Below, piece by piece: positions 49,748 through 60,985 of a stretch of 64,000 nt of DNA. The notes beneath the pieces were generated by a model, which saw nothing but the letters and a program-made list of their open reading frames with translations, was not told where the DNA came from and made no database searches. Source of the DNA: an uncultured Gammaproteobacteria bacterium (GTDB lineage: Bacteria > Pseudomonadota > Gammaproteobacteria > CAWCPV01); the NCBI GenBank assembly GCA_963797555.1, contig CAWCPV010000003.1:896001-960000 (forward strand). Reading direction: 5' to 3'. The position numbers were made by a program, and so were the translations under genes. Each line of letters starts with the position of its first letter. Within the stretch, counting starts at the first letter, position 1.

Positions 49748-50965
49748 TCAACGACAGCCTCCGGGGGGATTGCTGGTCGACCCGCCCACAGCCGCAGATT
49801 CCGGACCTGCGGGAGCGAGGGTACGCTGGCGCGTCCGCGCAATAAGCTCCAGCACCGCCTCGGCCGCTTCCTTGTCCGAGTCGCGCTTAAGCTCATGGTG
49901 GACCCGGGCAAACTCGCGCGCCTGCAGCGCGAAGCCCTCGGGGTGGTCGAGGCAGGCAAGCACGGCGGCCCCCAGGTTCTCCGGCGTCGCGTCCTGCTGG
50001 AGAAACTCCGGGACCAGGGAGCAGCCCGCCAGCAGGTTCGGTAGCGCAACGCATGGCACCTTGACCAAGCGCCGCAGTATCTGAAAGGTCACCGGTGAGA
50101 GCCGATAGGCAACCACCATGGGCCGGGGGATGAGCATCGCTTCGAGGGAGGCGGTACCCGATGCAGCCAGTACCACATCGGCAGCGACCATGGCCTCGAT
50201 GGACCTGCCCTCGACCAGGGTCAACGGTAGATCGGGGGCGTACCGCACGCGCGCGGCCGCGAACAACCTCGCCGCCGCCGCATTGGCGGTCGGGCTGACA
50301 AAGTGCAACTGGGGCCGCCTCTCCAGGGACCAGCGAGCAGCGCGCAGAAACGGCTCGGCCAGATACCGGATCTCGCTGGATCGGCTGCCCGGCAGCAACG
50401 CCGCGATGGTCCCCTCCCGGGGAAGGCCCAGGGCCGAGCGAGCATCACTTTGCGAGAGCAGTGGCGGCATCACGGCGGCCAGCGGGTGCCCCACGAATCG
50501 CACGGGAATCGCATGCTGCTCGTAGAACTGCGCCTCGAAAGGGAACAAGGTCAGGACCAGATCTACGCACTCGCGCATCCTGCGCACCCGATACTGACGC
50601 CATGCCCACACCGATGGGCTCACATAGTGCGCGGTGGGCACGCCTGCACGTTTCAGCACCCGTTCGAGGGGCAGGTTGAAGTCGGGCGAGTCGATCCCTA
50701 CGAAGGCGTCCGGGGGGGCCGCCAGCCAGTGTCGTACCAGACGACGACGCAGCCGCAGCAGCCCCGGGAGGTGCCGCAGCACCTCCGCCAGGCCCATCAC
50801 CGACAGCCTGTCGGCGGGAGCCAGAACGCGGCACCCCTGAGCGGCCATCCGCGGGCCCGCGACACCCTCGAAGACTACGCCCGGCCACAACTCCTTGACG
50901 GCCGCCAGCAACCCCCCGCCCAATAGGTCGCCGGAAGACTCTCCGGCGACGACCGCGATGCGCAA
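49748..50965 (-). CDS. lpxB: Lipid-A-disaccharide synthase
   Basis: VAGESSGDLLG, GIDSPDFN, YVSPSVWAWR and LLPGSR. TTG start inferred. Confidence 0.95.
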   Translation of the reverse strand: MRIAVVAGESSGDLLGGGLLAAVKELWPGVVFEGVAGPRMAAQGCRVLAPADRLSVMGLAEVLRHLPGLLRLRRRLVRHWLAAPPDAFVGIDSPDFNLPLERVLKRAGVPTAHYVSPSVWAWRQYRVRRMRECVDLVLTLFPFEAQFYEQHAIPVRFVGHPLAAVMPPLLSQSDARSALGLPREGTIAALLPGSRSSEIRYLAEPFLRAARWSLERRPQLHFVSPTANAAAARLFAAARVRYAPDLPLTLVEGRSIEAMVAADVVLAASGTASLEAMLIPRPMVVAYRLSPVTFQILRRLVKVPCVALPNLLAGCSLVPEFLQQDATPENLGAAVLACLDHPEGFALQAREFARVHHELKRDSDKEAAEAVLELIARTRQRTLAPAGPESAAVGGSTSNPPGGCR

Positions 50966-50970
50966 GGCAG

Positions 50971-51741
50971 TCAGCGCAGGATGCCGCGCTGTGACTGCTC
51001 CAAGAAGCCCACTAGCAGGCTCACCTCTGGACACTCCTGAGCAAGGATGTGCAGGCGCTCTAGTGCCTGGGCCGCGGTGAGGCCGGAGCGATAGAGCACC
51101 CGGTAGGCACGGCGGAGTGTGGCAACGACTTCGGGGCCAAACCCCCGCCTGCGCAATCCCTCGGTGTTGATCCCCCGCGGACGAGCCAGTTGGCCAGCGA
51201 CGGTCACGAAGGGAGGGACGTCCTTGTGGATGTGACTGCCAAATGCGCACAAGCAGTGGGCGCCGAGCCTGCAGAACTGGTACACCAGCGTGAAGCCGCC
51301 CAGAAACGCGTAGTCGGCCACCTGTACATGGCCGGCCAGCGAAGCACCGTTGGCGAAGATAGTATGGCTGCCCACCTCGCAGTCGTGAGCGATGTGCACA
51401 TAAGCCATTATCCAATTGTCATCGCCGATACGGGTGACGCCTCCGCCCTGCACCGTGCCGCGGTTGATACTGCAGTACTCGCGGATGACGTTTCCCGCGC
51501 CGATCTCGAGCCAGGTACGCTCGCCTCGGTACTTCTTGTCCTGCGGGACATCCCCGATCGAGGCGAACTGGAACACCTTGTTGTCGGGGCCGATGCGCGT
51601 CGGCCCCTGGATGACTGCATGCGGTCCTACCTTCGTCCCGGAGGCGATCTCCACATCCGCGCCAATGATCGCGTACGGACCAATGGATACGTCCTCAGCG
51701 ATGCACGCAGAAGGATGGATGATCGCCCGCTCATCGATCAC
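50971..51741 (-). CDS. lpxA: UDP-N-acetylglucosamine O-acyltransferase
   Basis: Hexapeptide repeats, PQDKKY, HIAHDC and [12 protein letters not shown]. Confidence 0.95.
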   Translation of the reverse strand: MIDERAIIHPSACIAEDVSIGPYAIIGADVEIASGTKVGPHAVIQGPTRIGPDNKVFQFASIGDVPQDKKYRGERTWLEIGAGNVIREYCSINRGTVQGGGVTRIGDDNWIMAYVHIAHDCEVGSHTIFANGASLAGHVQVADYAFLGGFTLVYQFCRLGAHCLCAFGSHIHKDVPPFVTVAGQLARPRGINTEGLRRRGFGPEVVATLRRAYRVLYRSGLTAAQALERLHILAQECPEVSLLVGFLEQSQRGILR

Positions 51742-52199
51742 GGCTCTATTTCCTTGATGGTGGTCATGAGTTCGGCCTGGGATACTACCGCACCCTCCAC
51801 GGTGGCCTCCGCCGAGAAGCGCCACACGCCCCTCAGGCTGCGGGTGAGGATCACCTCAATGAGCATGCGGTCTCCGGGAGTAACGGGTCGCTTGAAACGC
51901 GCCTTGTCGATCCCGACAAAGTAATACACGCATCGCGCGTCCGACCGAACCAGACCGCTCACGAAGGCGAGGACTCCGGTCGCCTGGGCCATCGCCTCCA
52001 CGATGAGCACGCCCGGCATCACGGGATGCCCCGGAAAGTGGCCCTGGAAGAACGGCTCGTTGATGGTGACGTTTTTCACGGCGGTCAGGGACTTGCCGGG
52101 CACGTAGTCCACTACCCGGTCGATCAGCAGGAAGGGATAGCGGTGAGGGAGGTACCTGAGGATCTGCCGAACGTCCAGAACGGTCTGTGTGTCAGTCAT
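51738..52199 (-). CDS. fabZ: 3-hydroxyacyl-ACP dehydratase
   Basis: [12 protein letters not shown] and [22 protein letters not shown]. Confidence 0.97.
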   Translation of the reverse strand: MTDTQTVLDVRQILRYLPHRYPFLLIDRVVDYVPGKSLTAVKNVTINEPFFQGHFPGHPVMPGVLIVEAMAQATGVLAFVSGLVRSDARCVYYFVGIDKARFKRPVTPGDRMLIEVILTRSLRGVWRFSAEATVEGAVVSQAELMTTIKEIEP

Positions 52200-53244
52200 G
52201 ACGGGCCAGCTTCTTCTCGAGCGCTTGCACGCGACGTGCGAGATCCTCGATACGGCGGAAATGACCTATGGCACGGCGCCACGCCCGATTGGGTTGCGCC
52301 GGCATGCCCGAGGAGTACATGCCCGGCTCAAGGATGGACTTGGTGATCATAGACATCCCGGTGATCTGAACCCCGTCAGCGATGTGTAGATGGCCGCCGA
52401 TCCCAGTTCCCCCGCCGATGGCGCAACGCTTACCGATAGTGGTACTGCCGGCAATACCGACACAGCCTGCGATGGCGGTCTGGGCCCCGATGTGCACGTT
52501 ATGGCCTACCTGGATCTGATTGTCCAGCTTCACACCGTCATCGATCACGGTATCTTCGATGGTACCGCGGTCGACGGTGGTATTGGCGCCGATCTCCACA
52601 TCATCGCCGATCCAGACCCGACCAAGCTGCGGGACCTTGATCCAGGCTTCCCCGTCGTTCGCCATCCCGAACCCGTCGCTGCCGATGACAACCCCCGGGT
52701 GGATCAGTGCACGCTTCCCGATACATGTCCTCCGGCACAGCACGACCTGCGCCACCAACTGGCTGCCCTCTCCGATGACGCACCCCTCACCCACGTAGCA
52801 GCTTGGTCCGATTTGCACGTGGGGACCGATCTCCGCACCGCGCTCAATGACGGTGTAAGGCCCAATCCACGCACTCTGGTGGATGCGGCTCTCCGGACCC
52901 ACGCAGGCTGTCTGGTCAATTCCTCGGCGCCGCGGAGTCGGCCCATGCAGCAGTGCCGCGACCTTCGCGAACGTGACGTAAGGGTTATCCACAACCCAGG
53001 CGGCCACGGGACAACCGTCGGCCTCTTCGGAAGACAAGATCACGGCCGAGGCTGCGGTGCTCGCCAGGTACCTGCGGTAGCGCCGATTCGCGAGAAACGT
53101 GACGGTCCCCGGCAGGGCCCGCTGGATAGGCGCAACGTCAGCGATCACACAGTCGTGATCCCCGTGGATAACCCCACCCAGGCGGCGCGCCAGCTCACCC
53201 AGAGTATATCCGGAAAGCCCCGGCACCCCGCCCTCCGCGGTCAC
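52192..53244 (-). CDS. lpxD: UDP-3-O-acyl-glucosamine N-acyltransferase
   Basis: [23 protein letters not shown] and [11 protein letters not shown]. Confidence 0.96.
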   Translation of the reverse strand: MTAEGGVPGLSGYTLGELARRLGGVIHGDHDCVIADVAPIQRALPGTVTFLANRRYRRYLASTAASAVILSSEEADGCPVAAWVVDNPYVTFAKVAALLHGPTPRRRGIDQTACVGPESRIHQSAWIGPYTVIERGAEIGPHVQIGPSCYVGEGCVIGEGSQLVAQVVLCRRTCIGKRALIHPGVVIGSDGFGMANDGEAWIKVPQLGRVWIGDDVEIGANTTVDRGTIEDTVIDDGVKLDNQIQVGHNVHIGAQTAIAGCVGIAGSTTIGKRCAIGGGTGIGGHLHIADGVQITGMSMITKSILEPGMYSSGMPAQPNRAWRRAIGHFRRIEDLARRVQALEKKLARHD

Positions 53245-53756
53245 TTCGTCCCCTTCTTCAAGCGCTCGAGCACCCGGTCAGTGATGTCCATGCGTTCGCC
53301 GGCATAGATCACCCCGTCGCCGAGCACCAAGTCGTACCTCTGGTCCTTGGCCAGGTCGGTGATCGCCTGAAAAACCTGCTTCTGTATCTTGTCGAATTCC
53401 TCGTTGCGCCGCAGATTGAAATCCTCGCGGAATTCCTGCTGGTCTCGGTCGAGGTCGCGACGCTTGTCACGGATCTGACGCTCTAGGTCGCGTCGCTGCA
53501 CGTCGCTCATGACGGCGCCGTCGCGGGAAAGCTTATCCTCCATGCGCTTCACATCCTTCTGTACAGCGGCCAAGGCCCGATCGCGGGGCGCGAACTCTTT
53601 CTCCAGGCGAGTGCGCGCCGCCTCCACCTGCGGCGCTTGCTCCAGGATCTTCTGGGCATTGACAACACCGATCTTGGTTTCGGCGGCCGTGGCCGACCCG
53701 GTGGGCAATAAACCGCTCACGACCAAGACAGCCAACGCAAGGCTAATGGGTTTCAA
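53241..53756 (-). CDS. skp: Periplasmic chaperone Skp/OmpH
   Basis: Signal peptide, KIGVVN...LEKEF, coiled-coil and DITDRVL; lies between bamA and lpxD. Confidence 0.9.
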   Translation of the reverse strand: MKPISLALAVLVVSGLLPTGSATAAETKIGVVNAQKILEQAPQVEAARTRLEKEFAPRDRALAAVQKDVKRMEDKLSRDGAVMSDVQRRDLERQIRDKRRDLDRDQQEFREDFNLRRNEEFDKIQKQVFQAITDLAKDQRYDLVLGDGVIYAGERMDITDRVLERLKKGTK

Positions 53757-53774
53757 GGTTAGTCTCCGGAAATC

Positions 53775-56051
53775 TCAAAATGCAGTGCCAATGGAAAACT
53801 GGAAAGGCTGACGTTGGTCACCCTTCTGTGCATTCAACGGCTCGGCCACGCTGAACTCGAGCGGACCGAGCGGCGAGAACCACTGCGCCGACAGGCCCGC
53901 AGAATAGCGCAGCCCAGCCAAGCTGGGCGTCTGCCCGGGTCCGTAGACTTGGCCTCCATCCACGAAGACGCCGAGACGGATCGCCTTGGTCTCAGTCATG
54001 AAAGGCGGGGGAAACAGCAACTCCGCACTGCCGACCACCCTGAAGTTCCCACCCAACGGATCGCCGTTCACCGAGCGGGGCCCCAAAGTATTGTCCTTGA
54101 AACCCCGCACCGAGCGTATGCCGCCGGCGTAGTAGTTCTCGAAGAATGGCAACTCCGACAAATCCCCGAATCCGTTGCCGTACCCGACCTGGCCTTGTAG
54201 GGAGCCCACCAGGATCTTGCCGATAGGGCGCCACCAATGGTCATTCAGAGCAACTTTGTAGTAATCCAGGTTTCCCAGTGGCATGCCCACCTCGAGATCT
54301 AAATTGTGAAGCAACCCACTGTTCGGGAAGATCGCCCGATCGCGCGTGTCGTGCGCCCACCCTCCGGTGAGCTTAGGCGCCTGATACTGCTCGCCATTCT
54401 GGGCAAGGAACGCAATATATTCGGGAGGCGTATCGCTGTTGGTGATTATTTTCGTATTCTGGTATCCCATCCCAAAGCGAATGGTGTCGAACTCCCCGAG
54501 CGGAATGCCATACCTCAGGTTCCCCCCCCAGTCATCGGAGGTGTATGGCCCGACATTCGCCTGCCCGGCATAAGTGGTCCGATAAAATAGGTTGACGCCG
54601 CTGCTCACACCGTTGATGGTGAAGTAGGGATTCAAGTAGTCAAGGCTATAGATCCTATTCACTTTGCTATTGCTGAACGCGGCGCTGACGCGCGTTCCCG
54701 TTCCCAGGAAGTTGTCCTGGCTCACGCTGGCGTTGAACAGGAATCCCTGGGTCTGGGAGTACCCGACCCCGGCCAGGAGGTTGCCCGAGGCCCGCTCGGT
54801 CACGGCTAAGTTGACGTCGACTTGGTCCGTAGTGCCCGGCACCGCAGGTGTCTCCACGTTGACATCCTCGAAGTACCCCAGCTTCTCCAGGCGGGTCCGC
54901 GAGAGCTTCACCTTGTCCGTAGACAGAAGTCCCGCCTCCATCTGGCGAATCTCGCGCCGCACCACCTCGTCCCGAGTCTTGAGGTTGCCCTTTATGTTGA
55001 TGCGGTTGACATAGGCGCGCCGACCCGGGTCGATGAAAAATGTCAGCGACACCTCTTTGGCCTTCTCGTCCAGATCCGGGATGGCGTTGACATTGGCGAA
55101 CGCGTAGCCATCCTTGCCCAACCGCTCGGACAGGCGCGTGGCGGTGTCGGTGACCTGTTTGCGGGAAAAGATATCCCCAGGCTTGACCTGCACCAGAGAC
55201 TGAAGCTCGCTTTGCGGGACCACCATGTCCCCCGAGAGCTTGACGTTCTTCACCTTGTATCTGTCGCCCTCAGTGATACCCAGGGCGATGTAAACGTCCT
55301 TCTTGTCGGGGGTGATAGACACCTGGGTAGAGTCGATGCTGAAGTTGACGAAGCCGCGGTCGAGATAAAAGGACCGAAGCGCCTCCAAGTCCGCAGCGAG
55401 CTTCTGCTTCGAATACTGATCGTTCTTCGTATAGAACGATAGCCAGTTGGGCGTGCTCAGCTGGAACACCTTGAGCAGCCGCTTAGTCGGGAAGGTCTTG
55501 TTGCCGACGATGTTGATCTCACGGATCTTGGCGATCCCGCCTTCGTGGATCTGGATAGCGATTGCGACCCGGTTGCGCTCGAGCGGTGTCACCGTAGTCT
55601 TGATTTGAACTCCATACCTCCCGAGGCCGAAATACTGCCGCTGCAACTCCTGCTCCACTCGGTCCAGCAGGGAACGGTTGAACACGCGTCCTCTGGCAAG
55701 GCCCACCCGTTCCAGGGCTTCCTTGAGCTGTTTGGTATCCAGGGCGTGGTTACCCGATATCTCGACGGCATCGATGGACGGACGTTCCTGCAATGATACG
55801 ACCAGCACGTCCCCGTCTCGCTCGAGGGAGACGTCCCTGAAGAACCCGGTTTTGTAAAGGGCGTGGATCGCCTGTCGTGCGCGCTTGTCGTCCAACGTCT
55901 CTCCTGCCTGGACCGGTAGGTAGTTGAACACCGTCCCGGCAGACAGCCTGCGCAGCCCCTCCACGCGGATGTCCTTGATCACGAACGGCTCGAAAGCCCA
56001 GGCATGGGTGGCGAACAACAGGGGAGCGAGCAGCACCAGGACCCGTTTCAT
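53775..56051 (-). CDS. bamA: Outer membrane protein assembly factor BamA
   Basis: POTRA repeats (DIRVEGL, GNLKTRDEVVRRE), VRGF motif and C-terminal Phe. Confidence 0.96.
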   Translation of the reverse strand: MKRVLVLLAPLLFATHAWAFEPFVIKDIRVEGLRRLSAGTVFNYLPVQAGETLDDKRARQAIHALYKTGFFRDVSLERDGDVLVVSLQERPSIDAVEISGNHALDTKQLKEALERVGLARGRVFNRSLLDRVEQELQRQYFGLGRYGVQIKTTVTPLERNRVAIAIQIHEGGIAKIREINIVGNKTFPTKRLLKVFQLSTPNWLSFYTKNDQYSKQKLAADLEALRSFYLDRGFVNFSIDSTQVSITPDKKDVYIALGITEGDRYKVKNVKLSGDMVVPQSELQSLVQVKPGDIFSRKQVTDTATRLSERLGKDGYAFANVNAIPDLDEKAKEVSLTFFIDPGRRAYVNRINIKGNLKTRDEVVRREIRQMEAGLLSTDKVKLSRTRLEKLGYFEDVNVETPAVPGTTDQVDVNLAVTERASGNLLAGVGYSQTQGFLFNASVSQDNFLGTGTRVSAAFSNSKVNRIYSLDYLNPYFTINGVSSGVNLFYRTTYAGQANVGPYTSDDWGGNLRYGIPLGEFDTIRFGMGYQNTKIITNSDTPPEYIAFLAQNGEQYQAPKLTGGWAHDTRDRAIFPNSGLLHNLDLEVGMPLGNLDYYKVALNDHWWRPIGKILVGSLQGQVGYGNGFGDLSELPFFENYYAGGIRSVRGFKDNTLGPRSVNGDPLGGNFRVVGSAELLFPPPFMTETKAIRLGVFVDGGQVYGPGQTPSLAGLRYSAGLSAQWFSPLGPLEFSVAEPLNAQKGDQRQPFQFSIGTAF

Positions 56052-56114
56052 ATCGGTCCCGGGATGAGCGCATGCCGGCGTGGGCGCGGCGGGTAATGCG
56101 CGCTCCAGCATCCA

Positions 56115-57485
56115 CTAATGAAACAGTCGGGTGAGATCATTGTAAAAAGCCACTCCCATCAACGCCAGCAACAACGCGATGCCAACCCGCTGCCCGAGCA
56201 CTTGCGCCTGTTCGGAGAGCGGGCTGCCCTTAGCAAGCTCTATAAGGTAATAGAGAAGGTGTCCGCCATCCAGCACCGGGATGGGAAGCATGTTCAGTAC
56301 TCCCAGGCTGACGCTCACCAGCCCTAGGAAAGCCAGGAACGTGGCCAGACCCACGCTGGCCGCCTGTCCCGCGTACTGGGCGATGCTGATCGGCCCACTG
56401 ATGTTCTGCCAGGAGGCCTGGCCCACGACCATCTTCCCCAGGAGCTGAACAGTGAGCGTGGCCATCTGCCAGGTCTTCTCGGCGCCGGCTAAGAAGGCGC
56501 GCGGGGGTGCATAGCGCACCGTAGCGACGTAGCCCTTTCCGACCGGGGCAGGCGAGAGCCGGACCGCCGCGCCGATGTATCCAACGACCTTGCCCGCCTC
56601 CGTCGTCATGGGCTCGGGCCTGATCTCCAGCTCCACCCGAGTGCCGTCCCGCACCGCGATCGTGTGCAGCACCTTATTGGGACGATCGCGCACGTACTGG
56701 ACCCACTCCTCCCAGTCGCGAACCGGTTGACCGTCGACGGACACGATGCGATCCCCCGCCCGGAGTTGAGCCCGGTAGGCGGCGCCTCCGGGAACCACTC
56801 GCCCGATCACCGGTGGAATGTCGGGTCGCCAAGCACGGATGCCAATCTCGTGCAGCAGGTTCCCGGCGTTGACCTGGATCGGTTCGGCGCCGAGGTCCAG
56901 GGTCGCGGTCCGGACGCGACCGCCCGGGTCACGTACGGTGAGATCCGCCACGTCGCCGTCCAACACGTCGGGCAACAGAGCCAGCACAACAGCTTCCCAC
57001 GTGCCGGTGCCCTCCCCGTCGACCTTGATGATCTCGTCTCGGGGCGCGAGGCCTGCCTCGGCGGCCGGCGACTGCGGCGTCACGGCACCCACCACTGGCC
57101 GCACTCCGGTCACCCCGACCATGAACATGACCCAGTAGGCGACTACGGCAAAGAGGAAATTGAATAGGGGGCCGGCCAACACGATGGCGGCGCGCCGCGC
57201 GATGGGCTGGCGATTGAAGGCACGATGAGCTTCCTCGGCCGGCACGCTACCTTCCGTCTCGTCCAACATCTTCACGTAACCGCCCAAGGGAAGGGCCGCG
57301 ACGACGTACTCCGTGCGATCTGAACCGCGTCGCCAGGATAGAAGCGGACGTCCAAAACCGATGGAGAAGCGCAGTACCTTGACCCCCAGGCGCCGGGCGA
57401 CCCAGAAATGCCCAAACTCGTGCACGGTGACGAGCACGCCGATGGCCAGCGCAAACCACAGCAGCGATGGCAAGACCTCACCCAC
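56115..57485 (-). CDS. rseP: RIP metalloprotease RseP
   Basis: HEFGH, two PDZ domains and NMLPIPVLDGGH. Confidence 0.95.
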   Translation of the reverse strand: MGEVLPSLLWFALAIGVLVTVHEFGHFWVARRLGVKVLRFSIGFGRPLLSWRRGSDRTEYVVAALPLGGYVKMLDETEGSVPAEEAHRAFNRQPIARRAAIVLAGPLFNFLFAVVAYWVMFMVGVTGVRPVVGAVTPQSPAAEAGLAPRDEIIKVDGEGTGTWEAVVLALLPDVLDGDVADLTVRDPGGRVRTATLDLGAEPIQVNAGNLLHEIGIRAWRPDIPPVIGRVVPGGAAYRAQLRAGDRIVSVDGQPVRDWEEWVQYVRDRPNKVLHTIAVRDGTRVELEIRPEPMTTEAGKVVGYIGAAVRLSPAPVGKGYVATVRYAPPRAFLAGAEKTWQMATLTVQLLGKMVVGQASWQNISGPISIAQYAGQAASVGLATFLAFLGLVSVSLGVLNMLPIPVLDGGHLLYYLIELAKGSPLSEQAQVLGQRVGIALLLALMGVAFYNDLTRLFH

Positions 57486-58674
57486 CGGATATGCGCCTGG
57501 TCCGACGGGCGATGTGATGTGAGGCCGCGGCGCGGGCCGCGCCATCATCTGCCAGAACAACGTCCAGGCTAGTGGCTTCGTGGGCGGTCACCGCGGCGAG
57601 CGCGGCGTCAACGACCTCGGGGATGCCCATGAAACCCAAGCGGCCGTCCAGGAACGCCTGGACCGCCACTTCGTTAGCCGCATTCAGGATGGCTGGTGCA
57701 GTGCCTGCCGCCGCCATCGCCTGTGCGGCGAGGCCGAGACAGGGATAACGCCGCGACTCCGGACGCGCGAAACCGAGTTGGGCCACCTCGAACAGATCCA
57801 AGCTGGGTGCCCCCGAAACAACCCGCTCGGGCCAGGACAAGGCATACGCAATGGGGATGCGCATGTCCGGCGAGCCCAGTTGCGCCAGGAAAGAGCCGTC
57901 CGCGTACTCCACCAGCGAGTGGATGACGCTCTGAGGATGAAGGACCACCTGAACCTGCTCCGGGGTCGCTCCAAACAGCCAGCAGGCCTCGATGACTTCC
58001 AGCCCCTTGTTCATCATGGTGGCGGAATCCACCGAGATCTTCGGACCCATGACCCAGTTGGGATGTTTGCAGGCCTGCTGGGGGGTCACTCCATGCAGGT
58101 CGGCCAGCGGCCAGGTACGAAACGGCCCCCCCGATCCCGTCAGCCAGAGGCGGCGCACCCCAGCCGTTTCCAGTCCCCCTGCGGACTGGCACGGCAGGCA
58201 TTGGAACAGGGCGTTGTGCTCGCTGTCCACAGGAAGCAGTTGTGCGCCGCTGCGACGCACCTCATCCATGAAGACTTGGCCGCCCATCACCAGGGCTTCC
58301 TTGTTTGCCAGGAGCAGGCGCTTGCCGCTACGGGCCGCCGCCAAGCTCGAGCCCAGTCCCGCCGCCCCGACTATCGCGGCAACCACGGAGTGCACCTGTG
58401 GAAGGGAGGCCACGGTTTCGAGCTCCACCGCGCCCGCAAGCACGCGTACACCGGTCGCCCCACCGTTGAGCAGGCGGTGCAGCCAATCCGCCGCGTCAGC
58501 ATCCACCATCACCGCGAATTCTGGCCGATGCTCCCGGCACAGTGCGGCCATGCGCTCGGCATCGCGGTGCGCCGTCAGGGCCACGACCCGGTAACGGTCC
58601 CGGTGCCGGCGGATCACGTCCAGCGTGTTGGACCCTATGGAGCCCGTGGCCCCGAGGATCGTGACGCCAATCAT
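57478..58674 (-). CDS. dxr: 1-deoxy-D-xylulose-5-phosphate reductoisomerase
   Basis: LGATGSIG, LANKE, PVDSEH and HPNWVMGPKISVDSATMMNKGLE. Confidence 0.97.
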   Translation of the reverse strand: MIGVTILGATGSIGSNTLDVIRRHRDRYRVVALTAHRDAERMAALCREHRPEFAVMVDADAADWLHRLLNGGATGVRVLAGAVELETVASLPQVHSVVAAIVGAAGLGSSLAAARSGKRLLLANKEALVMGGQVFMDEVRRSGAQLLPVDSEHNALFQCLPCQSAGGLETAGVRRLWLTGSGGPFRTWPLADLHGVTPQQACKHPNWVMGPKISVDSATMMNKGLEVIEACWLFGATPEQVQVVLHPQSVIHSLVEYADGSFLAQLGSPDMRIPIAYALSWPERVVSGAPSLDLFEVAQLGFARPESRRYPCLGLAAQAMAAAGTAPAILNAANEVAVQAFLDGRLGFMGIPEVVDAALAAVTAHEATSLDVVLADDGAARAAASHHIARRTRRISGG

Positions 58675-59477
58675 TTCGCTGCCTCCAGCCAAAATAGGCC
58701 CAGCATAAAAAGCGGGGCGGCAGCCGTCAAACTATCGACTCGGTCCAGGACCCCGCCGTGTCCGGGCAGCAGACGGCCGCTGTCCTTCACCCCCGCCACG
58801 CGCTTACACATACTCTCCAGCAGGTCGCCGAGCATGGCGAAGACCACCGTGGCCATCCCCAAACCAATCAGACGGACCCACTGAACACCGCCCAGCCCCA
58901 GCACTGGTGCCGCAAGTACCGAGAGAGATACACCTGCGAGCAAACCCGCCCATGCACCCTCCCATGTCTTTCCCGGGCTGATGCGCGGGGCCAACCGCCG
59001 ACTGCCCCAGCGCCGCCCCACCAGAAACGCTGCACTGTCCGCGGCCCAAACCAGCCCAAGCAGAAACAGCAGATAGAGATGCCCATGTGGGGACACCTCG
59101 TGCACGGCCACCAGGGCACGCCAGGCGGGCACCAGGACCGCGACACCCACCAGCCCGCGCATCCAGACTGGGGCCAGGCCGGGCCCGCGGCCCGAGATGA
59201 GCACCCACGCGGCCGCCAGGAACCACCACACAAGAGCCGCGGTCATCAGAGACAGCAGATTGACGCGCAACGATCCCCACAGCAGCAGCGCTATTAGACC
59301 GACATAGGACGCCCGCCCTGCGGCGTGGGTGATGCCGCTCAACACGCTCCACTCCCAGGCCGCGAGTCCGGCAATAATGGAAAAAGCCAGAGCCAGCAAA
59401 GATGTGGGCAGAAGCAGCACGCCGCCGACCACGAACGGAATTAGCAGCGCGGCGGTGATCAGGCGCTGGCTAACCAC
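58671..59477 (-). CDS. cdsA: Phosphatidate cytidylyltransferase
   Basis: SPGKTWEG and KDSGRLLPGHGGVLDRVDS. Confidence 0.95.
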   Translation of the reverse strand: MVSQRLITAALLIPFVVGGVLLLPTSLLALAFSIIAGLAAWEWSVLSGITHAAGRASYVGLIALLLWGSLRVNLLSLMTAALVWWFLAAAWVLISGRGPGLAPVWMRGLVGVAVLVPAWRALVAVHEVSPHGHLYLLFLLGLVWAADSAAFLVGRRWGSRRLAPRISPGKTWEGAWAGLLAGVSLSVLAAPVLGLGGVQWVRLIGLGMATVVFAMLGDLLESMCKRVAGVKDSGRLLPGHGGVLDRVDSLTAAAPLFMLGLFWLEAAK

Positions 59478-60264
59478 CCAGCGATTTCTTCCTCACCTGC
59501 TCCACTTGCTCCCCGGTATGGCCGAGTCGTCGCTGCCGCCTCGCAAAGGAGACGAGGGCGGCCTCCAGAGCCGGACGATCGAAATCGGGCCACAGGGCAT
59601 CGGTGAAGTACAGCTCCGTATAGGCGAGCTGCCAGAGCAGGAAGTTGCTGATGCGCTGCTCGCCCCCAGTGCGGATGAACAGGTCGGGCTCGGGGAGATC
59701 GTGCAGGCAGAGGAACGAAGCGAGCACTTCAGGAGTGACGTCGGCAGCACGCAGATCTCCCGCTTCCACACGCTCAGCCACCTGCTGGGCCGCCTGGCCG
59801 ATGTCCCAGCGGCCCCCGTAGTTGACCGCCACCACTAGGTTGAGCCCCCCGTTGGGCGCCGTCAGAGCCTCAGCGGCGGCTACGCGTTCCTGGAGCTTCT
59901 GGGAGAAGGCGCTACGCTCACCGATGATACGCAGCCGGACGTCGCTTTCGTGCAGGTGCTTGACCTCCCGCTGCAACGCCTTCATGAACAAATCCATGAG
60001 CATGCTCACTTCCTGTTCAGGTCGGCGCCAGTTCTCGCTGCTGAACGCGAACAGAGTGAGTACCCTGATGCCCTTTTCGCCGCACACCTTCACCACCCGA
60101 CGTACGGCCTCGATTCCCGCCTGGTGGCCGGCAATACGCGGCAGATGCCGCCGCCTGGCCCATCGGCCATTGCCATCCATAATGATGGCCACGTGTCGGG
60201 GAACCTGAAGCGTCAACACGGTGTACAGGTCGGAGTCCGCCGTATCAGGGCTAGGCTTAAGCAT
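59470..60264 (-). CDS. uppS: Undecaprenyl diphosphate synthase (start approximate)
   Basis: IIMDGNGRWA, FSSENWRRP and RTGGEQRISNFLLWQ. Confidence 0.95.
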   Translation of the reverse strand: MLKPSPDTADSDLYTVLTLQVPRHVAIIMDGNGRWARRRHLPRIAGHQAGIEAVRRVVKVCGEKGIRVLTLFAFSSENWRRPEQEVSMLMDLFMKALQREVKHLHESDVRLRIIGERSAFSQKLQERVAAAEALTAPNGGLNLVVAVNYGGRWDIGQAAQQVAERVEAGDLRAADVTPEVLASFLCLHDLPEPDLFIRTGGEQRISNFLLWQLAYTELYFTDALWPDFDRPALEAALVSFARRQRRLGHTGEQVEQVRKKSLGG

Positions 60265-60355
60265 GGGACCTTTGCAGCACGAGGGGCCTGAGCGACAGTA
60301 CAGGGACTCGGCCCATCGCCCGGACGGGCGACGCATGCGAAGCGGAACGCACTCC

Positions 60356-60913
60356 TTAAACCGTCATGACTTCTTCTTCCTTGGCGTGCAGGACCTTGTC
60401 GACCTCAGCCACATACTTGTCCGTGAGTTTTTGGGTCTGCTCCTCGGCTCGACGTTCCTGGTCCTCGGAGATCTGTCTATCCTTGACAAGCTGTTTTAGT
60501 TCCGCAATGGCATCACGCCGGACGTTGCGGATAGCGACCCGGGCGTTTTCAGCGTCCGCACGCACGACCCGTACCAGGTCGCGCCGCCGCTCTTCAGTCA
60601 GAGGAGGAAGCGGCACACGGATCACGGTTCCGGCCGTCACCGGATTCAGCCCCAAATTCGAGTCGCGGATCGCTTTTTCCACAATCGTCACCACACTCTT
60701 GTCCCAGGGTGTAACGGTCAGCGTACGCGTATCCGAAACCGCGATGTTAGCCACTTGGTTGATGGGCATGTCGGCCCCGTAACAAAAAACCCTGATGTGC
60801 TCCAGCAGGCTGGTATGAGCCCGCCCGGTGCGCAGCTTCGCCAAGTCCTGTTTGAGGACCTCTATGCTCTTGGCCATGCGGCCCGCCGTCCGCTTCTGAA
60901 TCTCGTCAATCAT
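60356..60913 (-). CDS. frr: Ribosome recycling factor
   Basis: [14 protein letters not shown] and AIRNVRRD. Confidence 0.96.
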   Translation of the reverse strand: MIDEIQKRTAGRMAKSIEVLKQDLAKLRTGRAHTSLLEHIRVFCYGADMPINQVANIAVSDTRTLTVTPWDKSVVTIVEKAIRDSNLGLNPVTAGTVIRVPLPPLTEERRRDLVRVVRADAENARVAIRNVRRDAIAELKQLVKDRQISEDQERRAEEQTQKLTDKYVAEVDKVLHAKEEEVMTV

Positions 60914-60985
60914 CTCGTTTGCCCACCGCCGGATCTGTCGAAGCCCATCATACACTCCCCCTCGACCCCCGGCGCCTGCCAGAGA

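Noticed and set aside
50966-51415. Apparent N-terminal extension of LpxB (and similar extensions of tsf, pyrH, dsrE, dsrN, prmA)
   Set aside because: These are ORF-caller extensions to the farthest start, mostly overlapping the neighbouring gene. Family motifs begin at the trimmed starts.
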